From the IMG/VR virus record IMGVR_UViG_3300024346_000014, positions 61,650-125,649 of that record: a stretch of DNA of 64,000 nucleotides. One strand, written 5' to 3'. The notes beneath the pieces are model-generated. The model was not told where the DNA came from. It saw only the letters and a program-made list of their open reading frames with translations, and searched no databases. Both the position numbers and the translations under genes were made by a program. This document shows, in pieces, positions 25,513-33,932 of this stretch. The first letter of the stretch is position 1, and the number at the start of each line of letters is the position of its first letter. This DNA is from a virus (taxonomy: Duplodnaviria; Caudoviricetes).

Positions 25513-27126
25513 TTATTTCTTAGCTGCTGCTAGTTTTGTTTTAACTTGGTTTACATAAGGACCTGTTCCAGTCATGGCTGCCCAATAGCATCCTACTATT
25601 TCTTCCATTGTTGCTTCTAATTCACTCGCAATAACATCTTCGTAAAAATTACTTCCTGCGTAAGCACTTTCATATTCTTTTTTAGTAGCAATAGCAGTTT
25701 CTTTATCCATACTTAGTATCATCAAAGCAATAGCCATTTCGTCTGAATTATCTGTCCATCCATCCATTGCATCGTATAACATAGCTGCTAATTCAGCGGC
25801 TGCTAATTGTTTATATTGGCTCATTGCTTTTGCTGGATCAGCGTTAGTTTGATCATAATATCCCATCAATTCAGCTGGGTTATATGGATTGAACATATCG
25901 TCCATTTGTTCATCTGATCCCGCTATACCTTCTAGATTTCCAGTTTCAGCTTTACTAATTGCTCCTGTTAATCCAGCAGCTACTGCTAGTTTAGTAGCAG
26001 TTTTCATGCTCATTCCACCTGCTTTACCTGCGTTAAGTAAAAGACTATCTACGCCAACATTGAATACGAGTGTACCTGTTCCGGTACTGGTTACCTGTTG
26101 AAGTTTTACCATGCTTTTACCGGCTGCGTTTGTAAAGTATTTAGTAATTTTTACATTTGAAACGTTTTTAGCTTTTGATAACCATTCAACTGTTTTACCA
26201 ACTGGCATAAAAGCTTTGGCTTTAGCAAGTCTACCTGCTGCGCCCAATGCTTTCCAGGCCTTTGTCATAGTTGGAGTTACTCTAGCGAAAACCTTACCTG
26301 CTTTTAAAGCTTTACCGGCAGCCTTTGCAGTATTAGCGGCTTTAGCTAATTTTTTAGACTTAGAAACAGCTTTCCCTATTTTAGTGGCAGCTTTTCCTGC
26401 TCCAATAGCAGCTCGGCCTGCAGAAGTTGCTGCTAAAGATGCTCCTAAAGTAGGAACGGCAAGGATTAATAATCCTAAATCGGTAAAAATAGTTCCCCAA
26501 CTAATTCCTCTAATAATAGATTTAGGTATAGGTCTTTTAGCAAGTGCCATTGCACATGCTTCATCTCTCCCGTCAAAATCTCCATCAATCCATTCATCTA
26601 ATGTATATCCTTCGTACTTAGTTCCAAAAGCATCAGCATTAAAAATATCAAAAACTCTTTGTGTACCTCTTTCTGATACATTCCTTTCACATAAATCCAT
26701 ATGAATAGCTGCAACGGCAGAAGCATATTGAAGTTCATCTGTTCCCATACCGTCCATTGATTTATATACATAACCGGCAATAGTCGAAAGATTTAAATCA
26801 CCAACTAATGTTTTTTCATTTTCTAAAGATACCATTATTCTAGGTTCACCTGAATTAGATCTATCTATTGTTAGGGCCATTTCATCTCCGGGTTTTACTT
26901 TGAATTTAGAGCCATCGAGAATAATAGATGCTTCGGATATCGAACCATCGGCTACTTTTTGATATGCTGTATTTATTTCTTCTAATAAATTTTCGTTTGA
27001 ATCTAGATATTGTTTTAATCTCTCATTAGCATCTTCTGAAAAAACAGCAATTGTGGTATTTTGCTCAACTATCATTTTTCCATAGTTACTATACCAAGTT
27101 GGAAGTGAATTATTTTTATTTGACAT
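25513..27126 (-). CDS. annexin-repeat-containing membrane-active virion/ejection protein
   Basis: YKSMDGMGTDE...LDEWIDGDFDG and LYDAMDGWTDNSDE...YEDVIASELE flank a hydrophobic hairpin and an Ala/Lys-rich linker. Confidence 0.6.
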   Translation of the reverse strand: MSNKNNSLPTWYSNYGKMIVEQNTTIAVFSEDANERLKQYLDSNENLLEEINTAYQKVADGSISEASIILDGSKFKVKPGDEMALTIDRSNSGEPRIMVSLENEKTLVGDLNLSTIAGYVYKSMDGMGTDELQYASAVAAIHMDLCERNVSERGTQRVFDIFNADAFGTKYEGYTLDEWIDGDFDGRDEACAMALAKRPIPKSIIRGISWGTIFTDLGLLILAVPTLGASLAATSAGRAAIGAGKAATKIGKAVSKSKKLAKAANTAKAAGKALKAGKVFARVTPTMTKAWKALGAAGRLAKAKAFMPVGKTVEWLSKAKNVSNVKITKYFTNAAGKSMVKLQQVTSTGTGTLVFNVGVDSLLLNAGKAGGMSMKTATKLAVAAGLTGAISKAETGNLEGIAGSDEQMDDMFNPYNPAELMGYYDQTNADPAKAMSQYKQLAAAELAAMLYDAMDGWTDNSDEMAIALMILSMDKETAIATKKEYESAYAGSNFYEDVIASELEATMEEIVGCYWAAMTGTGPYVNQVKTKLAAAKK

Positions 27127-27151
27127 TTTAAATAGCTTTTATTTTTTTAAA

Positions 27152-28261
27152 TTATAAACCCGCATCTACTGAGGTTCTATCTGCTGGATCTTGTTTTTCA
27201 GCTTGATATATTTGATTACCATCTGTGTAGAATAATATATCCTTTACGGTCCAATCTCCTCCATTAGGGTATTTTGCTTCATAAGCAGCAATTAATTGTT
27301 TAAGGTATTCAGTATCAGTATATATTCTTTTAAAGAATTCCCTATCCTTAGCATTAGTTATCGCAGTAGTTGAACCGTTTTTATTAATCCAAAATGGTTC
27401 TCCATCTTTTAAAGATATCCAACCTTCATTGGAACCATCTCTACTTACTGCCCAGAATTTTAATTCTCCTTTTTCTCCTTCGTCAATTGTAATCGTATAT
27501 AAAAGACCGTCTGCTCCACTTTGATATTCAAATTTCTTACCTATTAAAGAATCATCAGGTAAAGGTATATCATCCACTATCTCATCTTCAATTTCTTCTA
27601 CTTCTACATCATCATCTACTACTACATCATCTACTACTTCAGTTTCATCTTCAACCTTAATAATTGTATTTGAAAGAGCTTGCTGATTTATAGCTAGTTG
27701 GTTATCGATTGCCATTATAGCTTTTATATTTATGTAATTTACTCCATCTATTGAAACTAATTCAGTACCGTCTGTTGCGATAGCATCCTGTTTTTTCAAA
27801 AGCTCAGCCCTATTTAGTATAGTAAACTGTATTTTTTGTTTTCTGTCATTGTCTATTCTAACAGAGTAGGCTATGATTTTATTCTGAAAAAATAATTGGT
27901 CTAATTTACCATATTGATTTACGAATGAATTTTCACCATTTAAAAATTGAGTTAGAGCATTTTGCCCTTCAGCATTTAAATTTGAGTTTTTATCTAACCA
28001 GTTATAATCATTTACTAGTTTTACTATAAAATTAGAGGTATCTTGAGCTTTCCATACTACTTTATGTTTTACTCCAGTTGCATCTCTATATACTTCCTTT
28101 CCTCTTACTCCTGTTATCTTATCGCTACCTTGCCCTAACGAAGAGCCGGCTTTCTTTAAAGCCTTTTTTTCTTTTCTTTTTTCACGAGCCTTTTTAAAAA
28201 GTTGTTCGTCTACGTGATTAGATGATTTGTCAAAATCACTAAAGCTTTTAATAGTCTTCAT
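27152..28261 (-). CDS. hypothetical protein, putative capsid-internal
   Basis: MKTIKSFSDF...VDE leader. Confidence 0.75.
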   Translation of the reverse strand: MKTIKSFSDFDKSSNHVDEQLFKKAREKRKEKKALKKAGSSLGQGSDKITGVRGKEVYRDATGVKHKVVWKAQDTSNFIVKLVNDYNWLDKNSNLNAEGQNALTQFLNGENSFVNQYGKLDQLFFQNKIIAYSVRIDNDRKQKIQFTILNRAELLKKQDAIATDGTELVSIDGVNYINIKAIMAIDNQLAINQQALSNTIIKVEDETEVVDDVVVDDDVEVEEIEDEIVDDIPLPDDSLIGKKFEYQSGADGLLYTITIDEGEKGELKFWAVSRDGSNEGWISLKDGEPFWINKNGSTTAITNAKDREFFKRIYTDTEYLKQLIAAYEAKYPNGGDWTVKDILFYTDGNQIYQAEKQDPADRTSVDAGL

Positions 28262-28282
28262 GTAGTGAAATGTATTTTATTT

Positions 28283-28303
28283 TATATATATGACAAATAA
28301 ATA
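28283..28303. promoter_or_regulatory. divergent late-type promoters
   Basis: TATATATA 28283-28290 (-) and AATAAATA 28296-28303 (+). Confidence 0.5.
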
Positions 28304-28327
28304 AAAAAAATAGCCTTTACTTGTAAA

Positions 28328-29095
28328 ATGAATATTAGATCATTTAATGAATATGAACAATATATAAATGGAAACGACAAAGATATTGTCAATAAAATAC
28401 ACATTTTGAAAGAAGGAAACTTTAATTATACGTCTCCTTTTATAAAAATAAATTCAGTACAGGAAGCAGCTGATATGCCTGTATTAATATGTAATGATTT
28501 TAAAATATCTAATTTAAACGAGTCTAATGTTTCTAATGTATATAATTCATTTAATTTTAAAAAGGGTAGTAATTACATTAAGAAACATATAGGAGAATCT
28601 TTTATACCTAAAGCAGTTAACAACAGAAATAATGTAAAAAGATTAAAATTTCCTATAGTAGCTTCTAGTAAAAGTAGATCCACTACATATAATTCATTAT
28701 ACAAATTCAATAAGTCGGAAAATGATTATAGTAAATTTCAAGAAAAAATAATACCTAAAACTAAGTATGAAGCGTTGATGTTCAATAATGAACTTGTTTC
28801 AGTTTATGAAAAAATAAACGATAAGCTTTACGAAAAAAATAATTTAGGTAATTTAAAAAAGGCTATTGAAAACATAACTAATAAAGTATCTGAAAGTCAC
28901 GGTTTCAATGCCTACTATCTTAGTATATACGAGTCTACTGATGGAAGATATTATTTAAATAAAATAAAGAAATGTAAATCTTTTAATGAAAAACAATCAT
29001 ATCAATTGTATGTAAAAGTATATGAACATCACTATGGATATAAGATACCTACATGGTTTAAAAATAAAATAAAAGATATAGATGCTGATAATTAA
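28328..29095 (+). CDS. degenerate ATP-grasp (RimK-like) fold protein
   Basis: FIPK...LKFPIVA...FQEKI....YEAL...YLSIYES.DGRYYL follow ATP-grasp order but catalytic K/E/N appear replaced; MNIRSFNEY leader. Confidence 0.5.
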   Translation: MNIRSFNEYEQYINGNDKDIVNKIHILKEGNFNYTSPFIKINSVQEAADMPVLICNDFKISNLNESNVSNVYNSFNFKKGSNYIKKHIGESFIPKAVNNRNNVKRLKFPIVASSKSRSTTYNSLYKFNKSENDYSKFQEKIIPKTKYEALMFNNELVSVYEKINDKLYEKNNLGNLKKAIENITNKVSESHGFNAYYLSIYESTDGRYYLNKIKKCKSFNEKQSYQLYVKVYEHHYGYKIPTWFKNKIKDIDADN

Positions 29096-29261
29096 AGTCA
29101 TTGATGGAAAAATAGAATATGCTTTAAAGAAGTATAAAAAGAAAAATAGAGATACTCAAGTTTTAAAACAACTACGAGATAGGATGACGTATACTAAAAA
29201 GTCTGAATATAAACGAAATATTAAAAATAAAGCTATACGAAAAAACAATTATGAAAAATAG
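29082..29261 (+). CDS. rpsU: 30S ribosomal protein bS21 (not in ORF track)
   Basis: 59 aa MLIIKVIDGKIEYALKKYKKKIRDTQVLKQLRDRMTYTKKSEYKRNIKNKAIRKNNYEK, Bacteroidota-type MLII..DG..I..ALK.YK.K..QLR.R..Y.K.S..KR. Confidence 0.88.
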   Translation: MLIIKVIDGKIEYALKKYKKKNRDTQVLKQLRDRMTYTKKSEYKRNIKNKAIRKNNYEK

Positions 29262-29832
29262 AATCAAATCATTTAGTCAATATATAGGTAGCTCTTTGAT
29301 ATCTGAAAATCTACAATATCACATATCTAATTCAATATCTATAGTAGAGACAGTATTTAGACCAGGCAGTGTTTCTCACATAGAACTTCTTAATGAAGCT
29401 AGATCATTATATAAATCAGGAGAATTACAACTGAGCGGAGATGATGCTTTTCTTTTTGATACAACAGATCTAGGTAGAACAGGAATCTATGAAGGAGTTG
29501 TGGTTCCACTTGACTTACCACTTGAAGATTTTATTTTAAATGAAGCAAAATATAAAGGACGAGAAGTTAAACTTAACTATCCTACTAGAGGAGGATCCAA
29601 AAAGTTCAAAGTATATGTTAAAAATCCTAAGACTGGAAATGTTAAGATGTTACAAATAGGTGATACCACAGGTTTAAAAGCGAAAGTAAGTAACCCTAAA
29701 GCTAGAAAGAGTTTTGCTGCAAGACATAAATGTCACTTAAAGAAAGATAAAACAACAGCTGGATATTGGTCCTGTAGAATTAACAAATATGCTCATCTTT
29801 GGGGAGGAAAAACGTATCCAGGATATTGGTAA
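29251..29832 (+). CDS. virion-associated protein (DUF6321-like C-terminus)
   Basis: RIKSFSQY leader; KFKVYVK...ARKSFAARHKC...AGYWSC. Confidence 0.7.
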   Translation: MKNRIKSFSQYIGSSLISENLQYHISNSISIVETVFRPGSVSHIELLNEARSLYKSGELQLSGDDAFLFDTTDLGRTGIYEGVVVPLDLPLEDFILNEAKYKGREVKLNYPTRGGSKKFKVYVKNPKTGNVKMLQIGDTTGLKAKVSNPKARKSFAARHKCHLKKDKTTAGYWSCRINKYAHLWGGKTYPGYW

Positions 29833-30116
29833 ACACTGACCCATATATTGAGCATGAAATCGACAATGACGTAGTCATTAGAACGTTTAAAGAATCTACC
29901 GATTCAGAGGATTTTATGTGGCATAGGGATTTAGAAGACAGGGAAATAGAATCCCTTAACAAGAACAATTGGCAAATTCAATTAGAGAATGAATTACCAA
30001 AGAATATAGATCCTGGGCAAACTATCAAAATTCCAAATGGAAAGTGGCATAGGGTCATAAAAGGAACAGGAATCGCGATATATAAAATAAAAAAGAATTA
30101 TAATGGGACATCATAA
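29799..30116 (+). CDS. small cupin-fold protein
   Basis: WHRDLEDR...WQIQLENELP...IPNGKWHRVIKG; start may be TTG at 29827. Confidence 0.7.
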   Translation: MGRKNVSRILVNTDPYIEHEIDNDVVIRTFKESTDSEDFMWHRDLEDREIESLNKNNWQIQLENELPKNIDPGQTIKIPNGKWHRVIKGTGIAIYKIKKNYNGTS

Positions 30117-30663
30117 ACAAAAAAACTATATGTTTTTTAAGAATTTGCAACAAATAATGAGACAAGCAACTTTGCTTTATCAAATGGATCCTGATATGTT
30201 AGATGATATATTACAACAAGGCCATGATTGGGCAGATGATCATGTATCGGTAGCTAAAGAAAATATGGATCAAGTATTTGATTTTATTATGAATACAACA
30301 AAGGAGGTTCCTGTACCAAATAATGATATGCAAACTGATAGTATTTCAAAAAATTTAGATTTTGATTTTATGGCATCTGAAAGTGTAGTAGTTGGCTTTA
30401 ACGATTTTATAAAAGTAAATGAGAAAAAAAAACTAGAATTTCATCATTCTGATGCTCCGGATGCCAATGGAAAATTTAAAAAACTAGGAATAAAAGCATT
30501 AGCTGAATGGTTGATTAAAACAAGAAAAGGTGACATGAGAAAAATAACCGGAAGTCTTAATCAACAAATAAACTTTAATAAAAAGTCAGATCCAGCATAT
30601 GCTAAAAAGATGGAAAAAGTTAGAGATAAAGTCTTGATTTTATTAAAAAAAGATAAAGATTAA
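30103..30663 (+). CDS. hypothetical protein, putative capsid-internal
   Basis: GATATATA at 30077-30084; GHDWADDH; internal VGFNDFIKVNE. Confidence 0.7.
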   Translation: MGHHKQKNYMFFKNLQQIMRQATLLYQMDPDMLDDILQQGHDWADDHVSVAKENMDQVFDFIMNTTKEVPVPNNDMQTDSISKNLDFDFMASESVVVGFNDFIKVNEKKKLEFHHSDAPDANGKFKKLGIKALAEWLIKTRKGDMRKITGSLNQQINFNKKSDPAYAKKMEKVRDKVLILLKKDKD

Positions 30664-30667
30664 AGAT

Positions 30668-31438
30668 ATGGAACGAATTAAAGATTATAATGAGTACTTA
30701 AAAGAAGCACACCCAACTGAATACAAGGCCCCTAAAGGAAGCTCCAGGGATGCTAAATTAAATAAAGCTAAGAAACTATTAAAGGGATCTGAAGCCGATA
30801 AGAAAAAAGCTTATAAACTTAGAGATGAGATGGAAGCTGAAGAGAGAACAAATGAAACAATAGACCCTAAGGTGGATTTAAAAGAATTCGCTGAAAAAAG
30901 AGGAGACGGAGCAAAAAGCACAGTGGATAGCTCTAAAGAAAAAGGAGGCCTTTCAATGCTTTCATATGATCATTTTAAAGTTAAACTTCCATATTATAAA
31001 AAAGCAGCTAGTGGAAAATTTGATATGTCAGATTTTAAAGATGAATATGATGAATTATTGAACGAACTAATAGAAGCTACTTCTAAAGATATGAACATTA
31101 CCCAAAAGAAATTTCAAGAAATAGTAGGTAAAATAGAAGTATTAGGAGAACTTTGTATAAGAAATAAAGACACTGAACCTATTAATGAAGCTAAAAAAGC
31201 AAAGAAAAAGAAAAAGACTTTAAGTAAAGCAACTGAAGCAAAAATAAGAAAAGTCGCAAATAAAAAAGGATATACCTTTGGTAGTTTAAGAGCAGAGTAC
31301 ATTAAGGGCCTTGGAGCATTTTACAGTTCTGGGTCAAGACCAGGCATGACTGCACATGGATGGGCAATGGCTAGAGTAAATAAAGCAACACCTAGTAAAC
31401 CATGGGCAAACGTTAAAAAAAGTAAATCTAAAAAGTGA
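30668..31438 (+). CDS. basic virion protein with DUF5824-like C-terminus
   Basis: RIKDYNEYLKE leader; YIKGLGAFYSSGSRPGMTAHGWAMARVN. Confidence 0.7.
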   Translation: MERIKDYNEYLKEAHPTEYKAPKGSSRDAKLNKAKKLLKGSEADKKKAYKLRDEMEAEERTNETIDPKVDLKEFAEKRGDGAKSTVDSSKEKGGLSMLSYDHFKVKLPYYKKAASGKFDMSDFKDEYDELLNELIEATSKDMNITQKKFQEIVGKIEVLGELCIRNKDTEPINEAKKAKKKKKTLSKATEAKIRKVANKKGYTFGSLRAEYIKGLGAFYSSGSRPGMTAHGWAMARVNKATPSKPWANVKKSKSKK

Positions 31439-31935
31439 AAACCTTCAAAAATTTAAAATCTATATTGAACGAAGAATGGAAAGATGTCATTGATTCATTA
31501 GAAAAAAAGGTAGCGGGCGTGTGTATAATATATGAAAATAAAATATTATTAGTTCACCCAACAAACGCGAGCTGGCAAAAAAGAACGTTAGGCATACCTA
31601 AAGGAAAAGTAGAAACTGGAGAAGATGTTTTAACAGGAGCAATTAGAGAATTGAAAGAGGAAACTGGAATATCACTGAATCCTTCTATTCTATCTAGATC
31701 TGAGCCATATGTATGTAACACCTATAATAAAAAAGGAGATATAGAAAAGCAACTTATTTATTTTTTACATGAAGTAACAAGTCTGTCTGAAATAGGAATG
31801 ACGAGTTTAAGAATATCAAATGATAACTTACAAAAAGAAGAAATAGATTGGGCAGGTTTCTTAAGTGCAGATGAGGCCTATCCAAAAATAAGTAAGTGGC
31901 AGTTAATAGTTTTAGATCGTCACCTGAACAAATAA
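31435..31935 (+). CDS. Nudix hydrolase
   Basis: Nudix box GKVETGEDVLTGAIRELKEETG; MKTFKNLKSILNE leader. Confidence 0.9.
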   Translation: MKTFKNLKSILNEEWKDVIDSLEKKVAGVCIIYENKILLVHPTNASWQKRTLGIPKGKVETGEDVLTGAIRELKEETGISLNPSILSRSEPYVCNTYNKKGDIEKQLIYFLHEVTSLSEIGMTSLRISNDNLQKEEIDWAGFLSADEAYPKISKWQLIVLDRHLNK

Positions 31936-31949
31936 ATAACTATAATATT

Positions 31950-33926
31950 ATGAAATCTTTTAAGGACATATTAAACGAAGACTCAATTGAAGGAAAACCA
32001 GATCAAATGGCTGTTCCGTATGCAGATACTCTCGCACAAAATGTAAATGTAAGAGAAATACCGGCCGGATCAAATAGAAGCCCTGAAATAGACAGATATT
32101 TTGATTTAGTAGGATTGAACAATAGAAAAAAAGGAAAGAATGGTTATCCATGGTGTGCTGCTTTTGTTTACGCAATGTTTGATGATTTTTGTAAAAAACT
32201 AGGATTAAAAAATCCAGTTATTAAAACAGCCGGTGTAATGAAACACTGGAATAAGGCAGATTCTTCTTTAAAAATACCCATTGCTAAGGCTAGAAATAAC
32301 CCTGGTTTAGTAAAACCTGGACAGGTTTTTATTCAAAGCAGAGATGGCGGAGGTCATACTGGTATAGTAACCGCGGTGGACTCAAAAAATAAAACTTTTA
32401 CCACAATAGAAGGAAATACAAACGATAAACTTTCAGGAGAAGGTCATCGTGTAGGTAGAAATACCAGAAAACTTTCACAGGGAAGTTTAATAGGTTTCAT
32501 AGATTATTTTAAAGGACATAGAAGTGAAAAATTTGAAAAGACAATATCTACTGTTGTTGCAGATGCTCCTACTGATTATTCTAGTGAAGAATACATCGGA
32601 GGTCTTTCTAAAAACGATATTAAAAAGATACAATTAGTCTTAATAAAATTAAACTACGATTTAGGCACCTTTGGACCTAATAAGGATGGAGTCGATGGTG
32701 AGATAGGTACTAAAACAACTGATGCAGTTAATGATTGGAAATTAAAAAATAACATGAAAGCTGATTCTATCATAGACAAAGATTTATACACTTTAATGAC
32801 TAAGGATAGTAAATTTAAAGATAAGTTAACATCAGGTGGAAATAGACAAATTGACATAGGATTAGATAATTATACAAGCCCAGTGCAAAAAATGGTTAAT
32901 AAACCTATCAAAGTGATAATGCCGGGTTTATTTCCAAATAAAATAATAACAGTTGATGCTACCAATGTTTCAAAGGATCCAGACCTCGTAATAAAACGAG
33001 CTATTATAGAGAATACAGGAACGGCTAGTAAATTTTCTGATTTGATTCTTGAAAGGAACATATTTAAGAGAATACGAGATGCTAAAAGAGCAAATGATAC
33101 AAAATTAGCCGATTATTACAGAGATGGTAGAGTAAAAACCAGTCCAATAGATGGGACTGGACCATCTAACACGGCTGATATCAAGAACATAGTTAGTTCT
33201 AAACCTGAAGTTGATATAATTTATAACAAAGAATTAAACGTTTTTTATCTAAAAGCCTTTAATTCAAGCGCAATAGAGGCTTTAGGAACAGCTGATATTA
33301 TTAAAATGGAGCCTAAGGATTTTAAAGAATTACAAATCGCATTTAAAGATGCGGCACCTAATAAAACGCAGACACCTAGTCCTGAAGCAAATACACTAAC
33401 TGCTAATGTAAATTCTACATTATCGAGCGTTAAGTCTATTCCAATGAACGATAGAGAAAAAACAATTAAAGGAGCGGCTATAGCCAATGCTTTAGTAAAA
33501 GACTTAAATGTTACTAAAGAAGTTGCAGCAGGTGTGGTTGGAAATTTATGGGCAGAAAGCGGACTAATACCGGATAGAATACAAGGATCCGGCGTAAAAA
33601 GAGGAACTCTTCCTCAAGCAAATAATGGAGGTTACGGATGGGCTCAATATACTCATCCTAGTTTAAAGACTGACTTAATAGCGTTTGCTAAGAAAAAAGG
33701 AGTAGATCTAAATACCCAACCGATGACAGATGAATTAAATTATGAATATTTGAAACATTGGATATCTAAAAACAGCAGTAAATTCTCTACGCTAAAATCG
33801 CAATCTGATGTTAGAAACGCAACTAATTATTTTTTAACTAAATATGAAAGACCTGCTGATCAATCTGAAAGAGCCTTGGATAAAAGAGCAAATTTCGCAA
33901 ACACTGTCTATTCAGAAATGGCTTAG
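31950..33926 (+). CDS. multidomain peptidoglycan hydrolase: CHAP + PG-binding + phage tail lysozyme
   Basis: PWCAAFV/GHTGIV/IEGNT; GVDGEIGTKTTDAV; AAGVVGNLWAESG..GYGWAQYT..YERPA; ATG 31950 after AATAAATA 31931-31938. Confidence 0.88.
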   Translation: MKSFKDILNEDSIEGKPDQMAVPYADTLAQNVNVREIPAGSNRSPEIDRYFDLVGLNNRKKGKNGYPWCAAFVYAMFDDFCKKLGLKNPVIKTAGVMKHWNKADSSLKIPIAKARNNPGLVKPGQVFIQSRDGGGHTGIVTAVDSKNKTFTTIEGNTNDKLSGEGHRVGRNTRKLSQGSLIGFIDYFKGHRSEKFEKTISTVVADAPTDYSSEEYIGGLSKNDIKKIQLVLIKLNYDLGTFGPNKDGVDGEIGTKTTDAVNDWKLKNNMKADSIIDKDLYTLMTKDSKFKDKLTSGGNRQIDIGLDNYTSPVQKMVNKPIKVIMPGLFPNKIITVDATNVSKDPDLVIKRAIIENTGTASKFSDLILERNIFKRIRDAKRANDTKLADYYRDGRVKTSPIDGTGPSNTADIKNIVSSKPEVDIIYNKELNVFYLKAFNSSAIEALGTADIIKMEPKDFKELQIAFKDAAPNKTQTPSPEANTLTANVNSTLSSVKSIPMNDREKTIKGAAIANALVKDLNVTKEVAAGVVGNLWAESGLIPDRIQGSGVKRGTLPQANNGGYGWAQYTHPSLKTDLIAFAKKKGVDLNTQPMTDELNYEYLKHWISKNSSKFSTLKSQSDVRNATNYFLTKYERPADQSERALDKRANFANTVYSEMA

Positions 33927-33932
33927 TAAAGC

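Noticed and set aside
26111-26704. 197-aa + strand ORF and other antisense ORFs (e.g. 15859-16257, 22738-23076, 43778-44218)
   Set aside because: Antisense to well-supported genes, no motifs; expected from codon bias
31896-31949. Track start of the CHAP/lysozyme ORF at 31896
   Set aside because: Overlaps the Nudix gene; ATG 31950 follows AATAAATA and gives the conserved MKSFKDILNE leader
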